From assembly GCA_001724265.1 (NCBI GenBank), contig MEDY01000072.1, positions 1 to 64,000 on the forward strand: DNA of 64,000 nucleotides. The letters run 5' to 3'. The translations under genes were made by a program, and so were the position numbers. Shown piece after piece: positions 46,501-53,500 of this stretch. The stretch is from Rhizaria sp. SCN 62-66 (lineage: Eukaryota). Position 1 is the first letter of the stretch. Each line of letters starts with the position of its first letter. Below the pieces are notes generated by a model, which was not told where the DNA came from, ran no database searches, and saw only the letters and a program-made list of their open reading frames with translations.

Positions 46501-47050
46501 CCGAGGACGAGGACGCAGACGCGGACGCAGAGGCGGCGTTGGGGTGCGCCGCGGGGCCGCCGTGGTGGCTGCCCACGTGGGCGCTCGCGCGGGCGGTCGT
46601 GGGCGCGCCGGCGCCGCGGCCCGACACGGGCGCGGGCGTGGGCTGGCCCTGCGCGGGCCACGCGTACGTGTTGGTGGGCGGACGCAGGATCTGAAGATTG
46701 TGGCGGCGCTCGAGGTAGTGAGAGCCGCCGCGCTCGCCGCCCGTCTCGAGCGCGAGCGGGGCCAGAGACACGCCACCCTGGCGCAGGGGCGCGCCGCCGC
46801 GACGCCGGGCAGTCGTGGCGCCCGTGGACTGCTGCGCGGGGCCCTGCGCAGATCCAGAGGGCGGCTGCGAGGGCGCGTAGCGGTACTGGAAGTGCTGCAG
46901 TGGGGGCGCCGTGGAGCTAGGCTGGTTGAGCCCGCGCACGGCACCGGGGCGCTGCGGGGACGGCGGGTAGTCGCCGCGTGTGTCGGGGCCCGTGCCGGTC
47001 CGGCGGATAGCCGGGAGAGTCACGTCAGGGTTGCCCTGGTAGCCAGACAT
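31535..47050 (-). CDS. Giant (5171 aa) single-exon Ala-rich protein with about 20 degenerate helical repeats, a coiled coil and a possible C2-like region
   Basis: Uninterrupted 15.5-kb ATG-TAA ORF bounded by AT-richer spacers, with the recurring motif L..[FHY]L..P.C.LF ... T..D...L ... G..F.S...L..AV. Confidence 0.9.
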   Translation of the reverse strand: MSGYQGNPDVTLPAIRRTGTGPDTRGDYPPSPQRPGAVRGLNQPSSTAPPLQHFQYRYAPSQPPSGSAQGPAQQSTGATTARRRGGAPLRQGGVSLAPLALETGGERGGSHYLERRHNLQILRPPTNTYAWPAQGQPTPAPVSGRGAGAPTTARASAHVGSHHGGPAAHPNAASASASASSSSASGSGGPAAGSAGALGYHPDGSPRALVGPNALVPLSGHGAGPHGAHGHMQEYPGDAGSLTLAQAAAAGQHSAHAAARKELVAFLSNPMVCQLFSRAEAPVLVDEAAAAQLLAAAPAAPADVVTLVAALNGAGHAFASMAELAAALSAAHAAAVQRAATDALVASVSETDRQLVLAHLTAPACRLFAGAELVQATAAQLSRLIVEAAGPGAGPGGDVAAALRLLDGLNARGRSFLSFDHLIFAVSAARLQQAALDRVAGDLLHFLQRPDCPLFDAAGTSAASGAPAVCVVVTAQDVQDLIARSGAGVDTLTHVRALARARVTVTALPQLAALVARAHQDAVRRRKLYYLSDYSMTVTDLQRQELLSFFHTAAYRLFPAAAAAAALSTPAAPPSFADAAVAGAGQGPNGSNPNNGDDAGAVGSAAAAAVGSSSNALVEASGATGGQAPPGSLAVTADELDALLVQARGLLACKHHLTALMDAGRTFASFAELIAAVQAAHTALKVQLLDLLQSPTGSALLSGAGAVSTASLTVADVDQFLAESRAGPAALYHLHLLHAQGVRCRLLVPELAQAVLAAHVAALNAQVEARLATLGYLFSPACALLQRGARASDLDVRRLFDQGGEDTRALLEALDCSGRTFPSMATLVEEVRRERAATAAHRRDLLAHLTSPQCRLFEGVHVVADASSSAALAGLASAATAPARAPPRINAASVPTTSASSGMSYALVATGNDDGADADADAAAVAGFPAQQQQRAANAISGGDSGAPAGAAASMSSALTLPADYPHAFAAMLDGPGADSGAGNGSGGASPYRSAAQLSALSAGSLTTASGEALVVINAATVDRLYHEGGAGAATLHALWALDVRRDRFRSWEALTAAVRATRSNVLTQRHAARAVVLAHLRQPDTRVLAQGAAAAGDADADALLAAAASSADECVMYLRVLEAAGVLAPTTAALADAVAAERAASIANKARLLAFLRSPRCVLFSDSPALSAASAAVDGEDAVVPALLTPEDAARIYVESGAGPFALGVLAVLNNAALELLRGAGAGDDDDATAASSNALVVSGDGADDSRGALMQVSPALRGRRLRSLGTVIAAVRSEHARALAAQRLLAAFCAAQAALPALDAYEGCDAALARPVAPAAVFAAAVLGRAAAAAAAVGAVSSSPSLADSALDGPLSSAFVSSLGLDARAIFTPAGVSSLRALTPRQLHLVARRAATLAPADLARYLAHLRAHGAVFGSLAALAQAVATLAQRDRAVAAAGALAVLARVRAPASAVLPAQAAADSNTVSAADFGATGAFTVTIAHEGNARFAAAGYAESASAVCVQDACAVLAAADGDAALALATLDGFEAQIKRAAAAAAVPQQRAASGSAIDAVPVLAAPSARRPFASVAALVAAVAAATAQRHARVRALEAALGPDAGASALPSVFPSGGAGLVPAEGSLRRSVARELAAALPTDFPTAAAAGFLRRARASAAAANTAAFPGGWPELRAAVEAFVEGRRAADEAAARDVLAFLTRPESALLRGADGSAASAACLLDVHVRQLVAAAHGSGPACLAALHRVEDVVLSHNAAAAEARGGATVVTPDWDVATVDGLAAAVNAVTTLSPADAAAARAFLTATPMLSAAARASVTDETVAELNVLCVSLEGPSLPATLPVAVRAHAALVAAGNLSLLRPQTENNNSDNGNDAAAANNGDSALETVEELSELLRAVAARLAHRREDVAARVHAWLTDRPAPAAASTGSGGESDALDAALSDETLFGAIVPASLTQHLSGAAPVPACALFRQAPQVARHLTHLQTLVALRHAARAFLTPQAVGAAADARDTSAAAAALAAGNASGVFAAAAGGASSAALSDSAALFAGLPAATPGSAVTTGLGSAAFLFASAAAPFGFAAAAAGAGSAAVGDAAAAASALGLQDRPQAYHPISPAEAAAAAAAADARSAHGEADGDGELEGFNAVALLAPAPPAMRLTVALPAPSVPTTPAGAAGPVALHRAAAASAVTAATVTPLNATSSGAASSSAAPAAGAWARALSSAALSASASQEHVAFELALFHLHHLSAAGFRALSLSALADALRRQHQSFLLQARALLAHLTDPRCTLFLGASPPVAVAMPDVLDVMADVYARSPPLFSPSSPAFDMVIQLWGLQAQDRRFSSLAECYAALVEAAQAAAERRREGISRIRDAIVTCMPPSYAPPASAVATTKGGASQTGTASVKGEPAAATVPEGGDAATQAQGGAPAAAPAPAGEDTSLAAAADAAIVEMQAEHGLPELTPEPSSASVAALPVASGPQSDEGDAHGLFVEEAFPLVLPDALLHAVYDLCGKDAAAAVRVVACVAAEAGPVFVSMYHLVQAIANYTIVLEDQTRYALAALTTAPRAAAGPAPAYAGLLAPGALPSGRAPFPAEVASMIAHAQSGLCSALALQRLAARGETFASLAALTPALAAEAQRLRSLYAEMLALLRQPQTTLLALAQPGLAAALSFAHARALVRCAVPAMPAAAPIADTLAPGPEETALRVLRELCQRGLKTGSVAALCAEVKLYARQLGAALPHLRAQLQLVAPALGDLSAAAPAAADSAAAPEGAEEAKSAGELVWSLWGAFALQHAAQTGLDTAALVDALAAAAAARSALAPSEAAANEGGLDAVPSVARALDSLGSRPALAAAVRAEAEARRQARREEIEALRAEARALATGPASAASSAPGQTQMAQQQDTSKMTVDELAMMSPLAALASTSSAGPSAAFTYDAHSPSAAAGNTAAGATPMTAAAVVDATIEQIRAFVASPQALPLFPYVYVHPSSAGSASASAGSAASQAAVSSEPAGEVVVPRLLSDSDEAFSAPASGADAGDDGAEARAAAARGLIRVRRRPADLEEVSTSEASRLYYDSEALGATLEGLQELTDRSAHAEQARVALRQQAALRTEDMGQLEEALRQAEAARTAALDAALQWAEPTAEQHAHTAEALARLDRRAGRLRAQLATTQQAVEATRRALALAPEPETFGSLAALVEGLRRCQQERKQTALALLRVKIEEVKERSREAALYQLKPSSVDGAVSLQPVTRLVAVPGQAPVSVPALAPGAVSDADRLAVAQYLSHPRCGLFAGAGPEGVTLTGADITALLAVSGGRARCLAHLLSLDHQQRLFASPATLLAAVAREHAQLAQRKRQLLLYVLGPKCQLLSRKAKLALSAGHAEALLLMSQTGGDPSALKLVVHVLDELQAVMREAKYASASASASSAANAAPAAEEDDGYGGYGSAAASGGYGRSSASAAGSSDVTLDALDSPEELLHAVGQAWPAHAAAQRAIAEQEDHMRRRLDARAQQRAFTVLSQFLADPACVLFSRTLQAVAVTEKALARVLKGAGGDVAATLVALREMQGRPGPVGVPARAFARAAALASAGRLGLPPSQAAATARELLESVSAGRWLPVYCDSMEHLALETERWVAAWVPLQAQVLEYLSAPAVQHALFVPPYAVPLATDAEGGAGALTAFFTVTPSQVVDLWTRGLAGRTTLSELVRLVEARVRARSAPATGGSNDAASVPVPGPFASLAALATYIAGRQRVRLTVESRWRQLVVGVRDAVFLARRRDAVAAGRAAVRAALVDRQCDLFTPGTLLSATGADLALLCETTEVAARAVATELSLARDLGVPLREYVRSYDSTATGTVSVPGEPEPVALPEPTAESLEFTARGGFAPGSLFGYYFSLLRWLTHTAAPGMRTPYLAPLPSFAALLVAVRALVDASIFPAQQASVAMPPQAAQAVAVVVSEAIADAAFRATADAQLSLQGRPAGATAPPVSAIPTLPPACAVVVGASLATLSAPSLSLVPVAPHAERMVPVAVAATARLAGGLRALLSTANASSAASVVLQVALTDAAADAADADPTIGSSSASSGAGADAVSRPRCTAASSPLTATAPASTVLTVLLSASPLSLAAALEAALAARAGAPLHATFALVLADAAGIAVSGAAALAETAEPVPLAQLLLARAAGVAIAVPLVSGESRTHAGELLLTAAMGESPADAGSSDAVPADAAKRASAESDAFARAALAAYGAPGAAAAAAPRCLVRASCCALSLAPLSGTITLRVAGADGKATAQTAFVPATTAADDAAQTITFEAPLLFPAGAAARVEVLLRAPAAEGAAPNSGAVSLLGFVELSAEALAAPAVTAPLLAPAKPQVNFAQPAPQPQPLNAGRAFLRLARVPLPGSFESLPEAYAAAAASQGGAVSAAPELAEPAGPLVHSEYGAATPQAALIAAALSRPLPPPTGPLPAALVDAVTVVRGGGLLNADGLRELRAHARTLGAATAPAPVPSATAAGGAQTWEPTEGVSLAVVDAPAPSASAGTDAAASADFAEAEERVLAAHLLSVADGRSAAALAAVRVLSEAHAQRRAQPAGSLAELKAAVWHAHLRAAAVTALTTPYAAETIAAAAAAVAAVSAAPGSPTSSLPQPADASVLAGVDPEGEGAAAAVAAAAATAADPRSAELVAAVAAAPFDVMAELWLAGGGAADSFALALVGLIVEARRALSRAAALPAAATAAGAASLPPPVLALQDPAALARGVARVRAAQARATLAPRAAHAIQAFLARPGVSLLQSAKALASSANVGSSKSTSDFAAAFEHATTLPAPTPAPAPVVPVSAAPTPRPSATPRPSGSSLASDQPPALTASEALALHRACGAAHTDLALWSGAAGAGQGSLAARADEEALETTLRVLWRLSVQQQSFATAAELTARAAEVAVASHGARVSASQREALRRGMRALCATAEDDSTCPRAVVSALNHAYGELSRVAAAAQVIETAGSLEAALAAMRGWYARAVSSAAAAAAAASASAAAATPSSPATRAASPAMLSRAMSPAAGATAPAAPSFAFPATVDAMLAALQAWVAEMADASAAAATALRREEARVVFSGAHEGVEPALAAQAAALAAAVTPAAAWRLAVGTGAGTALPTVVAALVRERTNVADGARRSMPVRPVASMDDLQTALQDMWAVIRTEKM

Positions 47051-47599
47051 GGGCGAGCGGGTGCAGCGGTTGTGGGGTGCTGCTGAGGGAAAAGAGAGGG
47101 AAACTGGATAATAAAAAGGGACTGAAGTGTCTCAATCAAAACCTAAGTCTGGTTAAAGGGCTGAATGTACGAAAAAGATAGCAAAATAGCGCATAAGTGA
47201 GCTGGGGTCGTGCTAGAGCCGCGATATGAGTGGCGGAGGACAGTTGCTTGAAGGTCGGCTATCACTTGCTAAAAGATGCATCGTGTGACGCCAGAAATCT
47301 GTCAACAACAATATCAAAAAAGAAACAATTGGAACAATGCGTTACTAATTTCGACAATTGCGCACGTCCCAAACCATGAATGAAATAAGTCGATAGAGGC
47401 ATGTTTTCAATCAAAACAGACGTTACCCCCAGCTCACCTGCCGCCCACAGCCACGGTCGACCCCGATCTTGCCAGCCCGACCGACCGCGTGGGAGGGCTA
47501 TTTTCCAACGTTAAGCAAACGCCCTTTGCGTCCGACAGGATGTCTTAGTGGTCGCTTAGAGATACTTTTGTGTCGAAAACTGTACGGTTTCATTTCGTA

Positions 47600-49431
47600 A
47601 TGAGTGCCAGTAACTGGAATAAGACCGCTCTGCGTGGCGGAAATCTGACTCCCCACCCTGTTTCGGCGCAGCTCAACGCCGCGCTCCCGGCGATTGAGGC
47701 GCGTCTGGGCCTCCGCGGCGACGGCCTCTCGCGCTCGCAGGAGTCGCTCGACCACAGTGCGCAGGTGCTGGAGCGTCTCTTTGCTGGCGCGCCGCTGCGT
47801 CACGCCGCGCCCGTCAAGCCCGCCACTGTGGCCGGCGTCAGCGCGCCCGCCGCTGATGTCATGGCCCCCTCCAAGGCAGATATTGCCGCTGCTGCGGCCG
47901 CGTCCGCCGCTGCCTCTGCTGCAGGCGCCGCCGCCGTGCACGACATCCAGTCTGCGGCGTACGACGAACACGACGACGCCTCCCCGGGCGGCTCCGTCAC
48001 GCCGTCGTTCGCCATGTTCAACGCGTTGGACAAGAAGAAGGTGCTCATCATCTTCACCGGCGGCACCATCGGCATGACCAAGGGCGAGGACGGCGTGCTC
48101 GTCCCCACCAAGGGTTTCCTCGCCCGCATCATGAAGGACTTCCCCGAGGTACGTATTCCTGCATCTCTAAACAAAAATCTCCACGGCGCTACCCCCTATG
48201 CATATCTCTCTGTGAGTCATCTCTACGACGTGTGCAAGCTTTTCGCACTGTTCGCTCACTGTTTTGATTTCTTTTTCATGTTTCCGTGCCGCCACAGGTT
48301 GCCCACCCCGACGTGCCGCTGTACGACATCCTCGAGTGGGACACGCCGTTGGACTCATCGGACTTCACGCCCGAATGCTGGTCGCTGCTGGCGCAACAGG
48401 TCGGCGAGCACTACTACAACTACGACGGCTTCGTCATTTTGCACGGCACCGACACGATGGCCTACACGGCCTCAGCGCTGTCGTTTATGCTCGAGAACCT
48501 CGGCAAGGCCGTCGTGCTCACGGGGTCCATGATCCCGCTCGAGGAGCCCGTATCGGACGCCAAGCGCAACCTGCTCATCTCGATGATGGTCGCCGCCCAC
48601 CTCAACATCACCGAAGTGTTGTTGTTCTTCAACACGCACCTGATGCGCGGCAACCGCGCGAAGAAGACGGACCCGTGGCGGCTGAGCGCGATCGAGTCGG
48701 TTAACATCGAACCGCTGGCGACGATGGGCGTCGGTATTCACATGCGCAACAAGATGCTGTTGCACCCGCCCTCGCGCCGCTTCTCCGTCCGCACACAGTT
48801 CTTCAGCAACATCATCGTGCTGGTCATGACGCCCGCGTTCTGCTACGACTCGCTCAAGGCCATCGCGACGTCGTGGCGCAACATCCCCGGGTGCGAGCCG
48901 CCGGCATTGGTGCTGCTCATGTTCGGCTCCGGCAACGCGCCCGTCAACGTGCCCCACTTCAACGTACGCTTCCGTCGCTCAGAACTGAACTCCGCAATTT
49001 ACTCTGTTATTGAAGCTTATTGTAACTAAAATTATGATATACTGTCGATACCTACCAATAATATCTCATAATCTCTTTGTATCCCTCATTTTGATTTTGG
49101 ACGACGACTGGTCTGACTGCAGGAAACGATCGACCTGTGTCTGAGCGAGAAGTGCCCCGTGGTGATCATGTCGCAGTGCATCCACGGCTCCGTGGACCTG
49201 ACGCAGTACGAGGGCGGCGCGCGCCTCGCGAAGCTGGGCGTGATAGACGGCAAAGACATGACCGTCGAGGCCTGCACCACGAAACTCTCGTACCTCCTCG
49301 GCCGCGGGCTCCGCGGCTCGATGCTTAAGAAGGCCATGGAGACCAATCTTCGCGGCGAGCTTGCCATCAAGCCCACAGTCTCGTACACCGGGTTCGCGCT
49401 CGGTGCGCAGAGCTACCTCGCTAAGCTCTGA
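47600..49431 (+). CDS. Type I (cytosolic, AnsA/ASPG-like) L-asparaginase
   Basis: Exons 47600-48148, 48298-48963 and 49123-49431. Catalytic motifs IIFTGGTIGM and GFVILHGTDTMAYTASALSF, plus LTGSMIP, RGNRAKK, FGSGNAP and DMTVEACTTKLSYLL. No ankyrin tail. Confidence 0.93.
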
Positions 49432-50565
49432 GCGCGCCGGTTGAAGATATGACGGTTGAACTGCCGTGACTGCGTGGCCATGATTAAGGAAGATTTATAC
49501 GTGTATATAGTTATATAATAGGAATAAACGTCGTTTTTGAGAATAAATGAAACTCAAAGATTCCCTCTGCAGACATGGGATACTCGTGGTAATCGTTGAA
49601 AACTTCAAAAGTGCTGAGATATTATCTTGTGTTGACTTGTGGTCGAAGGAGGAAGCTACAAGCGTGTGGGTGGCCAAGAGATCAACTCTTCCTGCAGCAC
49701 TTCATTCGGAACGTCAAGCGAGTTGTTAGTCATATTTTTCGTATTTTAAATTGTATTTATACCTGCTTTTGAAATGAGGCTTGTGTTAAAGGCCTGGGGC
49801 ACTCACAGTACAGCGGTAAATATCATCTCACCACACCTCTCTTGTCCTCCAAATTCAGGAGAGCTTACTCGCACTCCTGCTTCGCAAATTTGTCACATAC
49901 TTGGCTGTCTGTGCTCAAGCAGTGAGAGCGATGGAGTAGTATCTAGTTAGCTGGGATAGTTACCTCGTGGTTGCTGACCCAGGGCCGCAACACGGCCCTA
50001 ACCCTGCGCTCGCCCCATCTGCCCCCTTCAGTAGCGACACATCGACAGCCAGCACTAGCGCCCCCTACATCAACAGTCACACTCACACCGCTTTTGCAGA
50101 CGACGTCGACGACTGTTAGGACCCCCATACTGTAGACGTGAACTGTAACTCTGCATCTTCACACGCACCAGCCCCAGCAGCGGCAGCCCCGTTGCTCGCA
50201 GGCGCTGAACGCTCGCCGCACTACCCCTGGCCCTCGCTTCTGGGCCCGCTCTCGGTCGCGGCCGCGCTGGGTCCCTCGCTGCCTACCCGCGACGACCCGT
50301 ACCTGTTTCCCGGCGCCGTTGCGTCCGCGCAGCTGCCCTCGCTGGCCCGCACGCGCCGCGACGAGGAGGACCACGCATTCCTGCACTTTCTCCATGGCGA
50401 CAACTGCGCCGCCGCGGGGCCCTGCGCGCGCTCACGCCACACCGTGCCCGGCTGCGGCGGCCCCGCGCCGGGCGTTGCGCTGCCCGTGTTCTGCACCGTC
50501 GCCGCGCGCTACCGCCTCACCACGGGCCGCGCGCTGCCGTCTCCGGTGCCTCTCACGACCACATC

Positions 50566-53500
50566 ATGCAGCAGCACGGACGCAGCGCCGCGGCCGCCGC
50601 GCGCGTACCGAAAGGTCGTCGACGCGGCGGGCCGCCCCTGCCCACGGTTCCGGCCCCGCCGCGCGGCGCCACCGCGGGGGACGATGAGGCTGGTGCGCTG
50701 TGGTGGCCCGAGGCGCTGACGACTGCGGCGCGCGAGAGGCGACGGCAGCGCTGGCACTGGGAGCGCACGAAGGCCTTCGAGGCGGCTGATGCGGAAGCCA
50801 AGGCAAAGACAGACGCGGTGTTGCTGGAAGAGAAGGACGCTGCTCACGGGGGTACTGACTATGCGGGCGATCACGAAGATGTATCGCTGTTCATCGTTGC
50901 CCCAGCTCCGCCACAGCAACAGCAACAGCAACAGCACACTGCATTGCGTCCCGCGCCCTCCGCTCCGACTGCGGCCTCGACCGTTGAGTACGAGTTCGCG
51001 GATGTTAGCGAGCCGTTTGCGGTACGCACCGACGCGCGCGGCCCGCGCACCTGCGGCGTCGCCTGCTCCGCGTGCCTGCTCTCCGCGCGCCACGCCTGCG
51101 GCCACGGCGCGGGCGCACACACCGCCGACCGACTCGGCCTCGCCCGGCTCGGCGTCGCCGGCGCGCAGTACACGGACCCGCGGCTCACGACCGAGCGCGC
51201 GGCCGCGTGGTGCTGCGCGGGCACTTGCGAGCGCGTCGCCGCCGCCGCACGGCACCCGGACACGGCGTTCTTGCCCTTCGTGCTGGGCTACCTCGACGAG
51301 CGCAAGAGGCTCGGGGCCCCGCGCGCCGCGGTGGCTGCGCAGGCGCTGCACTCGCAGTTTGCCCCTCGGTCCGACAACAACGATGTTGACGCTGTGGAGC
51401 CGCAAGACGGCCTCTGCGGGACGGACCCGAGTCCGGAACAACTGGCGGCGCGCGCGGCCGCTACTGTCGACGCGTGGGCTGACGAGGACAGCACGATGGT
51501 GTACAACCCCGAGTCGTCCGACTTTGCGTACGCGGCTGCCGTATTCCCCGAGGCCGTGCGCTCGCCGCTGTTCCTGGCGCTGCCCGCGCGCGCGCTGCAG
51601 GCGCTCGTGGCCTCGGACCGCCTGCGCTGCGACGAGTTCGAGCTGCTGCAGAGCCTGGTGCGCTGGGCGCGCTTCCGCCTGCGCGCGCACGGGCTCGACG
51701 ACACGGACCCGCGCCTTGTGCGGCTCGAGCTGGGCCCGCTGCTGTCGCTCGTCCGCTTCGCGCGCATGACCCCGCGCGAGGTCGCCATCCTCGCCGCGCC
51801 GCCGGTGGGCGCGCGGCGGCGGCGGCACCGCCCCGCGCGCGAGCTAGGCGGCGGCGGCGCGGTGTACACACGCCACAACCGCGACTTCCACAGCAACCAG
51901 GGCAACAACGAGAGCGACAATGACAGCGACGGCGACGGCGGCGCCGCGGACGGCCAAGCACACGGCGGCATCTTCACGCCCCGCGAGCTTGTGACGCTGT
52001 GGGAGATCGTCACGCCGGGCGGCCCCTACAGCGCCGGGCTGGCCGCCGCGCTGCGCAGGCGCGAGGACCGCTACGAGGTGATGCTCGGCGGGGATCCGCT
52101 GCCGGAGCTGGCCGGCGCCACGATTGCGGACGAAAGCCCCGCCGCCGCCAATGCCAGTGCGGCCGCCGCCGCCCCCGCTGCTGCTCATAGAGCTGCTCCC
52201 GATGCTGCTGCTGCTGCTGCTGTCGGGGCGCCCCTTGTTCAGCCCACTGCGTCTGCGCCTGCGCGTGGTCTCCCGCCCGGCCGGGTCGACGCGCGCGTCG
52301 CTTCGCTGGCGACGCCTGCGGGCGTGGCTGCGGCAGTCGCGGCGGCAGCGGCTGCGGCGGAGGCCGAGAACGGAGTATTCCTGCTCGAAGAAGCCGCCGA
52401 GGCGCGTGCCTCTCGGCCAAACGCCCCCGTCGCGCACGTAAGCCTCCTTGCCGTCCCGGCATTCGCGTCTGGTGTCTGCGCCGCAAACCCCGCTATTGCG
52501 CTCGGCCTTGCTGGAGCCGTAGCCAGCGCCAAGGCTGCTGCCGACGACATTGCGCCGACGCCCGGCCGTCCCCGCGACTCGCACACAAGCGACCCGCACC
52601 GCGGACGACTGGCCCCGCTGCGGCCACCGGTGACGGACCCTGGCCGCGTGGGCCTGCTCGTGGGGCTTGCGGCCGTGCCTGCGCCGCGGCCGGGCGACGA
52701 TGCGGGCGAGGCGGCGCTGCGGGTGTCGGCCGTGGCGGCGTCGCGGACCAGCGACCTGCTAGAGACGCTCGACGCGGCGCCGGTGACGGTGCTCGCGCCC
52801 GGGGAGATGCACGTCTTCGGCGCCGCCGCGACGCCCACCGACAACGCGCTGGACCCGGCGAGCGCCGCGGCGGGGCTCGCGGCGTGGCCCGACCCGCACG
52901 GCCGCTACGGCGCACTGGTCCTGACCGCGGACCCCGGCGCCGCGGCCGCCGACGGCGGGGCGCCGGGCGCCGCGGGGGGCGCGCGCAGGATCGAGGTGTT
53001 CGCGGCGGCAGTGGCGACCCGCGCACTGGCCACGCCGCTGGCGCTGCAGACCGTCGCGACCGGGGACGGCGCGCGCGCGGCCGCGGCGGCGTCCGCGGAG
53101 GCGCGGCTCGGCGTTGCGATGGGCGCGGCCGACAAAGAGGCCTTGCTGCGCGGCGACTCGGCGCGCGTTAGGCCCGGGAACGAGGAGGTGGCCGCGCAGC
53201 TGCGCGTGTCGGCGCGACAGGCCGCGCGCGCCGCAGCTCTTCACTCCAAGACGGCCGCGTTGCAACCAGGCGGCACTGATGTTGATGCGGGTGTCGAGAA
53301 GGAAGCGAAGGAAAACGAGCCGGGTGTCGACTACCCGGTCCGCGGCTTTGTGGGCACTGTCGCGCTCGCAGTCGCTGCCGCTACTGCGTCAAGTCGAGGT
53401 CCTAGTGCGAGCCTAAGAAGCGGCGGCTGGGACGGTGGTCAGTCCAGTGGCGCGAGCGCTGAGAACGTCTTTGTGGAGCTCCACACTGCGCCTGCAGTCG

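Noticed and set aside
26294-46944. Numerous long overlapping Arg/Gly/Ala-rich ORFs (e.g. 39104..42880 +, 26294..28228 +)
   Set aside because: Expected stop-poor alternative frames in very GC-rich coding DNA; they have no motifs and the wrong codon-position bias.
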